A stretch of 60,357 nucleotides of DNA, counting the filler, from Sphacelaria rigidula (Eukaryota), in assembly GCA_964200075.2 (NCBI GenBank). It is 8 parts of 8 records of this genome, joined end to end, with 100 filler letters (N's around TTAATTAATTAA, not from the genome) between each part and the next. Parts side by side here need not be neighbours in the genome. Positions count along the whole stretch, not along the records: positions 22,675 to 30,132 come from CAXNAA020014834.1; positions 30,233 to 37,689 come from CAXNAA020014835.1; 6 more parts are not named here. One strand, 5' to 3'. The notes under the pieces are model-generated. The model was not told the origin of the DNA. It saw only the letters and a list, made by a program, of their open reading frames with translations, and did not search any database. The position numbers and the translations under genes were made by a program. Below, one piece after another: positions 24,330-36,070 of the stretch. How positions within the stretch are numbered: position 1 is the stretch's first letter; every line of letters begins with the position of its first letter.

Positions 24330-27250
24330 TGAAAAACCATTACCTCACGCCTCGCCAAACTTGCCCGGACTACTGGCAGGTACTTGAGGCATTCGACCCG
24401 GAACATGATTTCATTAAAGTAATCATGGTGAGGGATGAGCTTGGCGGAGGCGGCGTGTCCGCCATCTCGGCGGTCTCCATGCCAAGGATATCTGTAAACG
24501 GTAGTTGCCGAATTATGGGTACACCCCCGCTGCCCCCTACCCCCACCCACTCCCCTCGAAAGCTCAAATTTTCGATCTTGGGGCCTGTGTGTCTCGAAAT
24601 CGTTTTTGGATAGACCTCTGGTTCATACACGAAGTTTTTCGCAGTACCACGAAACGCTTTACCGTCTGTATTGAAATGCTGGGGAGCTACCTACAGGCAT
24701 GCCTATCACCGTCACCGCAGCTCCTTCCTGCGGACGTCACGGCCCTGTTTGGACCCACAGGCAAAATCAATTCCACCCTCATATAGACCTCTACCAGGGC
24801 TAGCAGAATCTCGACCACATCCGTGGACCCCATCAACAAACCCTTGCCGGAAGATCCACACCGTGTAGTACCTTCGCCTGAATCCCTGTAGTCATAGCGG
24901 CTTGCTCAACCAATGCCATCGCACGCTCAGCCACATCGTGAAACTCAGCACTATCTGCTGGGGTATACTCCTCTGATACCGCGCGTCCTACACAGATCGC
25001 TGATACCCTGCAAACTCTCTCCCACCGTCCGATCTCAAAATCTCTTGCACCGAAGGAGTGCACTTTGCCCCTACATCTACGAGGTACTGCTGAGATGCTC
25101 TAGTAGTGTTCGATTTGTGTTTCCCGAAATACATGCAGATCTTCCCCGAAAACTCATTCCAAATGAGAAACGAATACTTCACACCACCCGTACTCTCAAC
25201 TAACTTCGGACCAGACGCATCCATGAACACATGTTCGAACGGTTTAACTGCTGCTTGTGTTCGTGGACACACGAATGGCCTTGCGCAGCCCCTTTGCCAC
25301 AGAGCACCCCTTTCACTCCTGGACAGTCCCTACCGAAATCATACCCTGCTGTTTTGTTTCTCGCAATAATCTCTCATGCAGGTGGCCATGAGACTGGTGA
25401 AACAGATTGATGTCCACCTGATTGAGGTTGATGGACACCTTGCCCGGGACAAGAACAGCTCTAGCGGGTTCGCAGTTGTCAGATTGCGGAGTCGTCGACG
25501 AAATGGTAGATGGAGAGCTACGGGTGACACTCATTACATCATTTCTCCCAGCTTTCTCGAAAACCAGTTCCTTCCCGCCAGGCAAAGTAATCACTGATCC
25601 CTTCCTAGTTAAAGCAATCGTCACATTACGCTCAACCGCCCCACTCTGCATGGAAAATAAATGCACATCAAGCTCTGGGACATGAGCCACTCGGCTAACG
25701 CTCAAGGTTAGTTGATCTTGTCCACAACCTGTCGACAGGTGCAATTTCCCGAAACCTAATATAGGTAATTTGAAGCTGTTCACCACGGTGACTGACAACC
25801 CGGTGCATGGCTCGTACTCATACATACCGTTTCTACATGGGGCCCTGTGGCATGATGCCGCGCTGTCGGCTATCCAAACCTCCTTCCCCCCGTCATTCAA
25901 AATTGGGCGGTCATCTGGTACACCGTCTGCTGTAGACGCGAATTCATTAGGATTGGTCTCAACTGCAATAACCAAAGTCAATAGAGTCCTTACAGCTGTC
26001 TGATGCAAACATGGCGATTATCTTATGGAATCCCTTCGAGTAACCCTCACCGCCACATACCTCACAGATACGCTCCGGGCGCTTAGACTTGAAATGACCG
26101 GTCTCACCACACACACTCAAAACGGGTTAGATTCTTCTTATTTCCAGACCCTTCTATACTGCACGAATCACTGTCACCAGTTGCTGCAGCACCATCACCC
26201 CGAGCCCTACTGTCATCGGCTGTTGTCGCGGATTTCTGTGGTTTACTCTTACCCCCTCTACTCTTACCCCTGTGGGCGGAACCTTTGTTGCCTGTGTACA
26301 GTGCATGGCTGTAATCTGTACCACACGAACCACCTGTTTTCTTAAGTGGCAGATATTTATTTTTCACGACGGCTCGTGTTTTGTCCATCAGCAATGTCGT
26401 CTCTAACCGTAGCTGATCTCGAGCAGTGGTGTATCCAAAAGAAAGAGAATGAGAATACTTTTTTACAACAATCTCTGCAGCAATCTTCAATCCCAGCGAC
26501 CTAGCACGCGACTGCAACGACTGTAATCAGATCCAAAATTCATCGGTGTCTTGATCCTTGGTGTACTTTTGGTCGTTAAACTCGGCCAAAAAGTCCATCT
26601 TTGAACCTGATGTGTTTGGAGAAAACTGTTTATCCAATGCACGTCATGCTAGAGGAGGTGATTGCGACTCGAAAATTATGTGTCTACCGACCCCATCCTG
26701 GACAGTGTTGAGCGACACAATATACGCAGATCGTGATGGTTTGACGTCGTCCGAACTCACACCCAACCCCAGCAGTTGCTGCTCGTTCAAGGGATCAACA
26801 CAAAGTGGAGAGCCTCTAAACAATCCCTCCCCGAAGCCGTGCCTGAAAGTATTCAGCTCAGTTTCAGGCTTTAAATTCACCTACGCATGACCCTTACTAC
26901 TGTCTTAGAGGCGAGTTTGTCGAGCCTACAACGCTCGAGAATCGACACTCAAGAGTGTTGATGTACCTTGGGCGCTGCTTTGACTTTGCACACCAACGCC
27001 CGCACTCATACTCTCTGTGCTTGGAAATTTAACACCAGACATCATACCCAACGCCGTGCTGGCGATTTCAGTACCTGCCGCGCCCCCGCGCGTAGCTCCA
27101 GCCCCTTCCATTGAGTGACCGGATCCATCACCAGTCCATCCGCTGAGTGGTGTCCCCCTTGCTCCGAAGTCCATCGGAGCAGCTTCCTGTCGTGGCGGCC
27201 CTGTTGTCCCTACTGATGGCGAAGTCCCTGTAGCCCTATACTAGCTTGTC
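24330..27250 (-). mobile_element. Decayed Ty1/copia element (gag, protease, GAG-pre-integrase, integrase; RT/RH absent)
   Basis: Motifs in order: double Zn-knuckle remnant (FEC.GETGH..ICEVCGGEG), protease WIADSAASCH, pre-integrase FHQSHGHL..KGCSVAK, integrase VFMDASGP..LRSDGGREF..VAERA. Integrase directly after protease is the copia order. Confidence 0.9.
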
Positions 27251-27603
27251 ATTCTTTGAAACTATGGTAATCGTCAGGCGTGACAATGATGGCTTGACGG
27301 GGAGCCTACTTCTCCTGAATTACATTCCTATCCGTTTGCTGCTATTCGCTTCTCCTACCACTCATGGTAAAGTCAATCTACTGTACTAGCCCTCTTCTGT
27401 CGCAAGTACCAAGCACTAGCGTGTCTAAATATAATGATTCAAGCAGGTCCGACTGCTAAGCCAGAAAGTAGAAGGCAGCTCGCACAACACCAGTTGTCGA
27501 GATGGAAGTCGATCAAACGGAGGTATATGTATATATATATATATATTTCTTATCACGCTCAATACCAACGGCATGAGAGAGGAGAACGCACAGATTGATC
27601 ACG

Positions 27604-27960
27604 TGGGGTGTACTCATGACCATGCATGCCATAGTCATGAGGTCATTGACCTCGCATTCCTGCAAAGTCGGGACGGAGCCCGCCGATTTTCGACATGGGG
27701 GCATGCGGCGGTGCACCTTTGCAGCTCCCTCGCAAGCTATGACAAATGTCCCTCATTTTATCTAATGGAAGCGTACAGTACATCACACGAGAACTCTGCC
27801 TTCCTTCCCAGTCTATTTGGAAACAAAATTGAAAATACACCCGGAACAACATTCCGAGAACCAATCTGAACACCAGTACCGTTTTCCGCCAGCTACTCCA
27901 CTGCATTTTGTTCCAATAATCTCAGAACAGCATTTGTATTACAGGGTATTCCCCATGAGT
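27604..27960 (-). mobile_element. LINE 3' fragment (C-tract family B)
   Basis: Ends ..ECEVNDLMTMACMVMSTP (GAGTACACCCC). The same tail occurs at 30035-30085, 37653-37689 and 45181-45245. Confidence 0.6.
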
Positions 27961-27979
27961 CAAATTACCACATGATCAA

Positions 27980-28116
27980 CAGGGTTAGTGTGAGGGTTAG
28001 TGTCAGAGGCGCGGTTCCTGCTGGGACTGGCCCGAGCGGTCTTGGAAGACGTCGTTCCTGCCGTGTTCAAATTTCAATGCGGTCCATAAAGCACGCGGTC
28101 TTCCAACGCATTACAC
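27980..28116. mobile_element. Right part of the telomere-like MITE family
   Basis: AGGGTTAGTGTGAGGGTTAG...ATGCGGTCC..AGCACGCGGTCTTCCAACGCATTACA. Confidence 0.7.
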
Positions 28117-28179
28117 CATCGAATAGCAAAATACGTCATGGTTGTACAGACTGCACCTCCACTCGCGGAATGTGACTCT

Positions 28180-29100
28180 ATCGACGAACGGGGTCGTTCT
28201 TCACAACAAGAAGTAGCTATATTCCCCAGGAACTCTGATGACTCTGTGCCCTTGCAATGACAGACGTGTCGACTCCAGAGATCCCTTAGTAATTGGTTGA
28301 ACGGGCCAGCTCAAGCTACCACGGGTAATATCTCCGGGTGGGGGTTTCATGACAGTCATTCACAGATGCGGATGACTATACGTATGTCTCATATGCTCAA
28401 AGTGCGTACCCACCACGCTTAAGGTATCGATGCAAGATGTTGTTGGGTGGCGTCAATCGCGCCGGCTAGCTGGGCGGGGGCGGATGCACCGCCCCGTTTC
28501 CCAAACGATCATAACACCCCCAACGACGTTGGTAGATGCGATGTAAATCCGGCTGCTCGAGAACAGTACTGTACTTCGAGCGTGCTTCAGCGCTACAGCC
28601 CATCAGGTCTCTCTCGAGATGCGATATGTGTATCATACACTCTTGCGGCAATTCTTGACCCAAGCGTTGATTGACCAAGCCTGCTAGAACATGTATTACA
28701 CGCGTTAGTCATATCGCTTATCCTGAATATGGCTTGCATCGCCCCGGAGCAGACGGTGTCGCGAAAAAGGTGGAGCAGCAGAGAAATCATGCGTTTACCC
28801 CAAACGGAAGGAAAGATCGGACCGACGGCGCCGGCGTCGGCCAGAGTACCCTGATGAAGGCCTACCTGATGGCTGTGTAGAGGAAACTGTACAAGAATGG
28901 GGAGACGTGGCCAACCCACTACTGCATTATTTGCGCGGACACTCTCTGAAAAGGTGGGATATGTGTTCCTGTGCTTACCTATCCGTATTTCGTCGTTCAT
29001 GATGCTTGTCTAGGCGATGGGAAAACGAGTGCTATCATCACTGATTCTTAGTATTGAAGGCACAAGGTAGTCCGCACCAAGGACACGAGGCCTTTCATAT
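28180..29100 (+). pseudogene. Possible decayed Helitron-type PIF1 helicase (RepHel) fragment
   Basis: TDGAGVGQSTLMKA is two single-nt changes from the TGGAGVGKST Walker A. It is preceded by LLEHVLHAL and followed by ALFA..SEKVGY..IRISSF (cf. APTGKAA..TIHSAF). Many stops. Confidence 0.45.
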
Positions 29101-30034
29101 TTCCCCCGTCGGCCCTTCTGCTTGACTCCCCTCGACATCTTCTGCGGTTCGCTCTTCTATTTTCGATCTGATCGCACATGCCTGAGACCACGGCTGGACT
29201 CCTGGGGGGTCAGTTAAAGTGCGACAACCAATCAATCAAAATTGCCTGCCGTACAAGAGACTTGTGATAGGACTCAAACTATGTTTGTATCTGGTTTGAG
29301 TACGTCGCCGTCATAGCCGTTCCCCATGATCATGAACGTCAAATCCGTTCGGTAAGCCCATTCCCGGGGTTATCCCCACGCTCCCTTCCTACCTCCCACT
29401 ATGTTTATTCTTCACGTGAATACATGCATTTCTTCGACTACGTCACTGTAATTGTCTCGGTGATATTTGCCAGGTTCTGCTCTGGGGGAGATGCTTCCTC
29501 AGTCAGGCAGCGTCAAGTGAATCAGTAGGCTTGGTAAATCCTCAAAATAACCGAATGGCGTATTTTTTCTCGTGGATTGTGGCGAAACGTAATGTTGATT
29601 ACCCGCAGCAACTGCCGCTTACTACGCAGGTATCGTTTCGGTGCGTCTCCCGCTACGGGCCTGGTAGGAATGCAGGAGAACGCCTTCGTATCGGACTTCT
29701 TCACTTGCCTGAGATTTTTTCCGCTCGCTTCCGAAAGGTGTGCTTGCTGCGGTTGGTTGCACTCTGCTCAGGGGCGTTCCTATATGTACTTGTTCAGGAT
29801 GGTGTTTATGATGCTCCACAAGGGAACCGAAGCTCTTGTCGTATCCTATCATCTGTCGCCTTTCCTCCTCGGGTTGTAACGCTAGGGATGTCCCCTAGTC
29901 CTGTGTTCTGCTGATGTGATACTTCGTTTTACCTTCTTCTTCCTCCCTTTGCTTTCCTATTTATTTTCCCCTTCCCCCTTTATTCGAGCCATGTTAGACA
30001 CTTTCTACACTACTCCCCCTCCCCCCCTCTCCCC

Positions 30035-30132
30035 AATGGTCTGGTGACCATGGTACGCATTATCATGAGTACACCCTCCCCCCCCTGACATAATGAGCGC
30101 CAGAATGTTGGAGGTGTCTCTATTAGGAGTAG
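30035..30132 (+). mobile_element. Adjacent LINE tail fragments (family B, then family A) in a C-tract
   Basis: CCCCCCCTCTCCCC-AATGGTCTGGTGACCATGGTACGCATTATCATGAGTACA-CCCTCCCCCCC, then GTTGGAGGTGTCTCTATTAGGAGTAG at the contig end. Confidence 0.7.
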
Positions 30133-30232
30133 NNNNNNNNNNNNNNNNNNNNNNNNNNNNNNNNNNNNNNNNNNNNTTAATTAATTAANNNNNNNNNNNN
30201 NNNNNNNNNNNNNNNNNNNNNNNNNNNNNNNN
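30133..30232. other. Artificial scaffold linker
   Basis: N44-TTAATTAATTAA-N44. Confidence 0.99.
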
Positions 30233-30287
30233 GATCAATCGTCAAACGACTAAGGCAAGCAACAAATGAGTACGCCCCCCCCCCCCC
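30233..30287 (+). mobile_element. LINE 3' end (family A) ending in poly-C
   Basis: GTCAAACGACTAAGGCAAGCAACAAATGAGTACG followed by C13. Confidence 0.85.
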
Positions 30288-30589
30288 AAAGAAAGAGAAG
30301 GAGGGACGCGCTAGAGGCAAAGCGTTGGAAGCTGAACAGAAAAAACAAGGGCGCACAACACGAACGAATAGAGCAAAAGCCAACGGCTACAGGAATGGCG
30401 GGAAGCGCAAAGGATGGTGAGTGCATAGAGTGTCCCTCACGAAGAACGTTTTTCTTGTGTAATATATTTCGTGCCTATGATACAGTAAAAGGGAGGGCGA
30501 AATAAAATGGCGGGGAAAAATCGTGGATAATGAAATTATTAATAATGTTGGAATGGGTTGGTGTTAGGTGTTCGGTAGGGGTGGATGGG

Positions 30590-30889
30590 TGTTCAGGAAG
30601 CGAACAGTTTACCCATTGAACCGGTGAGCGCTCACTAGTTCAATGGGTAAACTGTTCGCTTCCTGAACAAAACATGTGCTGGTCGAGTCCCGGCATGATC
30701 CATTGTCGAAGGAATGAGTTTGACATGTGAATAGTGAGACTTGCAAGGGGCAAGAGGCCCCGGAGATCACTCATGTGTCATGCCAGGACGGACCACACAG
30801 CATATGTTTTGTTCAGGAAGCGAACAGTTTACCCATTGAACCAGCGAGGACTCACTAGTATAATGGATAAATTGTTCGCTTCCTGAACA
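30590..30889. repeat. Two 80-bp palindromes with an inner inverted repeat (dumbbell)
   Basis: 30590-30669 has perfect 32-bp arms around GTGAGCGCTCAC. 30810-30889 is a diverged second copy. Inner AAAACATGTGCTG..GTCCCGGCATGA pairs with TCATGCCAGGAC..CAGCATATGTTTT. Confidence 0.9.
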
Positions 30890-31212
30890 AAAAATCAATG
30901 GGTTGGGACGAGGCTTTGGTTGTTTGGGGGGCTTTTGGCCAAGGGGAGACAAAACGAATAGGAAATTAATTGAATATTTCGTCATTTGATAAAACATCAG
31001 ACAAGCGGTCGGCAATAAATATTTGGAAGTAAAAACGTCAAAGAATACGAAGATAAATCGTCCATAGAAACTTGCGTAATGATCAATCATTTGTGCAAAG
31101 TTTCAGGGTCTAACTCTTGATTACTGCGTGAAGATTTGCGCGTTTGTGCGAGGACGTAAGTTGGAACGTGCAACTCCTGATTACTTGATTTTAGTATGCA
31201 AACGTCTCTTTT

Positions 31213-32135
31213 TAGGGTTCCGTAATGAACCAGTACGTACTGCCAGTTCATAGAGAACTGGCCACTTCCTAAGAACTGGCAAACGGGCAGTCAGTACCAC
31301 CCGTACATACACAACTTACGTACGTTCCACAATACGCCTAAAAAAACAGCGGAAACCCATCAAAATTACGCCGTCACGCCACCTCGAAGGAGAGAACACA
31401 CAACACACACACCACAAACCACACGCAGCACACAGCAGGAGACCATTAGAACGATGCAAAGCTTTTTCACGTCTGGCAGTGCGCCGGCAGCAGAACCCGG
31501 CGGTGGTGTTACCGCGGGGCCTGCTGCGTCAGCAGCTGCACCCGCTGCATCAGCAGATGCGGTGTTGATACACGTTCAGGGGTGCTGTGTCTTTCGTATT
31601 GTTTTTTTGTATGAGAGGCTGTCCTGTGATCAATGATGAAGGGCGCTCACGCCTTGTGCCGTCAAGGGCTACTATGGACCTGTCCTTTCTATTTTTTATT
31701 CGAAAGTCCGAAGTGCTCTCTCTGTTCTTGTTGAGATTAAAGACACCCCATGTACTCCAATTGCAACAAATAATGTGTAAGCCTCACCGCGATGCTGCAG
31801 CTGATGAGCATCGCAACATTTGTGGCACATTTGTTATTTTCTATTTTCAAATTTTCCTTGAGTTGAAAACACTTAATTTGGGCGTTGTACTAGACGTTAT
31901 CTCCCGAAATAGTGCCTCTTCGGTTGGTCAAAAACCACTCAGTTTTTAGGCTCCAGTGAAGCCAAATCGCGTAAAAAAGCGCCTCCAGCGGGGCCCTCCG
32001 GGGGTGCCTCCCCGGCGGGCCCCCCTCATCAGCCGGGGGGGGACGCTGGTCACGGCTGCGCCGCAACCACGCGACTTTGCCGCGCCAACAATATACTGAT
32101 CGGATCCTGGCTGGCTGCGCCAGTACCCAACCCTA
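31213..32135 (+). mobile_element. hAT-like non-autonomous insertion
   Basis: TIRs TAGGGTTCCGTAATG and CAGTACCCAACCCTA; it interrupts the host homology. Contains a short Ala-rich ORF start (MQSFFTSGSAPAAEPGG). No clean 8-bp TSD. Confidence 0.6.
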
Positions 32136-32251
32136 TATTTTCGGGGGAATTTCACGTCAAGGCAAGAAAAAACATATACATAATGTTTTCGAGTTTCTCT
32201 ATCAAACTTTGTTCATGTGTTCCTTGGACTATTCCGAGACGCATCATATTA

Positions 32252-33723
32252 GAGAGTTTCGGAAAAAAACATTTTGTCATCTCAGAGTGCAAATATCTCA
32301 GGATCAGAGTGCAGAATAAAACAAAACGTACAGCCGGGGTCCCTCTATAGTACGGGGGTGGAGCAGGCCAATACACCCGCACTATAGCGGGCACCCGCGC
32401 TATATAGAGTCGGGCGCGAATAGTGTGGGTCAACGCCCTATAGAGGGTTTACCAAACCCTCAGGAGTGCGCCTTCCCGCACTACTCGCGGTACTACTCAG
32501 ACTTAGCGTCGTACGTGTAGGATTACAGACAACAATGAGTGCAGTGAAGGTTGCATGGCAGTGCACATGAAAAGCGAAGGCTTTGGAGGGCGATATTTCC
32601 ACATGCATGTTTCATGGGAAGGTTTGCGTGCGTGAATGGTGTAGCGAATCACCCGCATCCTACAGCAGCGCGAGTAGGATCTCCCATTGGTCCATGATCA
32701 GTTACAAGATATGCATACGCTTGAATGCACCAGAAGGGCACGGCTGTGCAAAGCACATGTTGTCCCCTCTGTCCCCCTCTGTTTTCCGCGCTGGAGATTG
32801 CACTCGTACTTTCCAGAAACAGGACAAGGAGTTGCAAAATGAGGTACGCGCCCGTTCGGGCTTGAATCATTACATTTATAACAAGAGAAGAGAAATCGCC
32901 AGAAGGATGGCCCAGGGCTTGAACAAAGTAATGAAAGTAGAGAAAAATAGGTAACAAAACGAAGGATACAGCACTTCGCCCAACGGTCATGACGCTTTAC
33001 ATCAGGTCTTACAAGACCATATCAAGACCACCCCACACTACTCGACGACTTCCATCTTGTGTGGGATGACTTGCTCAAGTGACTCAGTAGACACAGCACA
33101 GTATAAGAACCAGATATTCGATGAATCCTGCTACGCGAGGAAACTCAGCGATAAAATAACTTCTCTCATTGAGCACGTCAACCCACAACCGATCAGTCAG
33201 TGCTAGTGAGGAAAATGGCGCTTATCAACACTCCTTTCCCGTTCTTGAAAAAATACGCTCTGACATCAGCCTGTCGCGATGGGTTTGCTGCATTGCTTCG
33301 ATCATCACCATTCTTGCCCTCTTTGGGAAGTACCTGGCCTCGTCGAAACCGCCACTTGGCGCGTAGTTTTCCACGGGTCGGTTTGTTTTGAAAGCTCCGA
33401 GTACGGCGGTGGCTTAGCGCAGCCACCTCTGTTTCCATTCACGCTGGTGACGTTGAACCCGCACTATAGCGATATTTCAGAGACCCCAACCCGCACAATA
33501 GCGGGCCTGCCCCCAATAGTGCGGGACCCACACTGTGGAGGGTTCTGTTTGGGGACGGCGATTTCACCCGCATTATATAACCCGCACTATAGAGGAACCC
33601 CAACTGTATCGAAAAACGTTTATGGGATGCCACATTTGACGGAGGGATACATAAATTTTGTCACGATCTGATCCTGAAATATTTGCACTGTGAAACGACA
33701 AAAAAGCGTTTTCCGAAACACTG
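32252..33723. mobile_element. PIF/Harbinger-like MITE with TTA TSD (itself interrupted)
   Basis: TTA|GAGAGTTTCGGAAAA..TGCAAATATCTCAGGATCAGA at the left end and TCTGATCCTGAAATATTTGCA..TTTTCCGAAACACTG|TTA at the right end. Confidence 0.75.
32331..33606. mobile_element. pogo/Tc1-mariner-like non-autonomous element, 1276 bp
   Basis: TA|CAGCCGGGGTCCCTCTATAGTACGGG at the left end and CCCGCACTATAGAGGAACCCCAACTG|TA at the right end. CCCGCACTATAG subterminal repeats occur at both ends. Confidence 0.85.
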
Positions 33724-34503
33724 TTATCCCTTTTCTTTTGAGGCCTTCTGTACCGCTTTCCGAAGGTCTTAATACTGGGAACCCCGGAAGCCGATAGAGA
33801 ACGGAGAAACTTTTAAATCTTGTCAAGAATATAATTTTCTATTTGGAGCATCGATACCTACGGAACTGCCAAGTTTGAGGGTAATCTGAGTTTTTCTATT
33901 GTAGATATAAGAGAAACCGTGACGAGTTTCCCTGGATCTTTTGTGCGTATCATTATTAGTGGAAAATAGATGACGCCGAGACTCCATACTACCGAAAAAT
34001 CACCGTTTCGGGTATAACTCGACCCCGTTGTAACAGTTTTCAAATCTGTTTTCCCCCATAGATTCCCGAGCTGATGGAGGTTTCTACAATTTAAAGCATA
34101 TGGAGATTCGGTCAAAATTGGGCTCGGAATTCGTAATTTCAGAACATCTTGAAGGGCGCTGATTGGTCGAAATACCTTCTCGGTCTTAATGCTACCAGTA
34201 TGGCTCTAAACACAAATCCGGCTGTCACGCTTTTCAGTTGTTCATGGTGGTCTGTATGATACCATGTATGCGACTATTGAGTAGGTATTGCGAAAAGGGC
34301 ATTTGCTGATGACACAACTTTTGGTGATAAGCGTGAACCAGCTCGTAAGAAGGTACATGTGGTATAGCCGACGGGTGCACCGTTGTTACTGGCGGGCGCA
34401 CCCTTTTGTTCACTACATAAATTGTTCGGGAAAGGATCACTTTTGATAGGGCTTAAAGTACGGATTTCTGTCATCACTTTTTGGCTTACGCTAATACATA
34501 TAT

Positions 34504-34504
<1 letters not shown>

Positions 34505-34535
<31 letters not shown>
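34505..34535. repeat. (GAT)10 microsatellite
   Basis: Read directly from the sequence. Confidence 0.95.
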
Positions 34536-35284
34536 TACCCTACTGTTCTATGAGATATCGTGCTGTTTATGGGATCATTATCTCCACTTCACCACATTTC
34601 GAGATAGCGTAGGCGGTAGAGAAGTTGCGGTTGCATGCAGTCCGTTAGAATCGACGCTGTGTTACAGGGTGGATAATAATCCTGTATATAAGACTATAGC
34701 GCATTCCGATCGCGGCACTCCCCTCCTGCAGCCTAATGACGAAGGGAAGAATATGGACGCATAAATGCGTGGGAGCATCTTCCGTGACCAGAACGATCAG
34801 ATTACGCAATTCCGAACCAATCCGAAGGCGAATGATAATATATCGTCTCCCGATAATTACATTGCACATCACCATTGCCGACCGCTGACGACACTACCTT
34901 CCGCCATGGATCTACCTATATGCTGAGCACGGTGCTCGCGTGCATCTCCCCATCTACTGCAGGACTAACACGGGCAAGGTCTAACCGATACTGTGGAGAG
35001 TCTCTACCGTAAACGTGCCATTACAGAGTAATGTAGTCACGGCAATTATAGGGTCATGGATGCCTTGCGTAGAACATGTTCCCAACTAGTAGACTACCCT
35101 TCACGTCTAACGTGTGCGTAAACATTGCATGTGTGACATGGTGTCCGATCCGAGAATCGAACTCGGGTTTCCACAGTTGCTACGTAGGTACGTGTCACTC
35201 ACGCCTGCCCGACAGTTTGTAACACCATCAATTAATTTGATTACCGAGGTTTTGGGCCCAGGGGCATACAATACCGCTGACGCA

Positions 35285-35647
35285 GTACAGTATAGAAGGA
35301 GGAACGGAACATGTGAGAGGGGGGAATGTGGAAAAATAAACGAAGGTGCGGCATGAAATCGTTCCATACAATAGACTGTAGCGAGAAAACGATTACTATT
35401 CTTGGAGATTGATGGTAGCCACAGACGGCAAATCATCAGGGAGGGGAAGAGACAATATGTCAAAGGCTTTTTCATATCCTCGTCATGTATGGAAGAAACG
35501 TGCGTTGAGTGCCCAAACGTTGCGGGGGTCTCTCTCCATTGTTAGGTATAAGAGCGGTGCTCCGTCTCGACAGTAACGCGTATTCAATGGTCAAACGACT
35601 CAAGGAAGCAGTAAATGAGCCCCCCCCCCCCCCCCCCCCCCCCCCCC
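35285..35647 (+). mobile_element. LINE 3' fragment (family A) ending in long poly-C
   Basis: Encodes ..SEKTITILGD.W.PQTA..; ends GCTCCGTCTCGA..AATGGTCAAACGACT..AAATGAG followed by poly-C. Confidence 0.85.
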
Positions 35648-36019
35648 ACACCGCGCCCACCCCGTCGCGGGTGGGGTTTGGTTGGGGNNNNNNNNNNAAA
35701 AAAACGCGTATACAAAAGAAAAACAACTAAAGGAAACAAAAAAAGAGCCCCCCCCCCCCCCCGTTTCCACCAATCGCAGCACGACTCTCGTATGGTGGCT
35801 CGTACTGTGTCTTGGCACACTATACCACATACTAGCAGTAACCGTCTCCAGTCGAGTTTTGTTACGTTTAGACAAAGTGGCGGGTCGATTCGCAGGGGCC
35901 ACAGTGCTAACCCGAAAAGCGAGGTGTGCAGTGTGAAATGTGCATCGCGATAAATCCGCTTCTAGCCTAGCCCAGCTCGTCGTATTATCGTGGCCCGTGC
36001 TGCATATTGACGGTGCGGC

Positions 36020-36020
<1 letters not shown>

Positions 36021-36070
<50 letters not shown>
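36021..36070. repeat. (GTT)n microsatellite
   Basis: About 16 GTT units. Confidence 0.95.

Larger units (their letters stand above)
31050..34347. mobile_element. Interrupted copy of the 5519-7038 Tc1/mariner-like family (host of nested insertions)
   Basis: Segments 31050-31212, 32136-32251 and 33724-34347 are colinear with about 6150-7040. Ends GCGTGAACCAGCTCGTA. Confidence 0.8.

Noticed and set aside
29300..29900. Additional non-LTR RT fragment on the minus strand
   Set aside because: The resemblance is too weak to support without a search.
30624..30635. GTGAGCGCTCAC as a symmetric lac operator or vector contamination
   Set aside because: It lacks the AATT flanks, is not conserved in the second palindrome, and no vector sequence is nearby.
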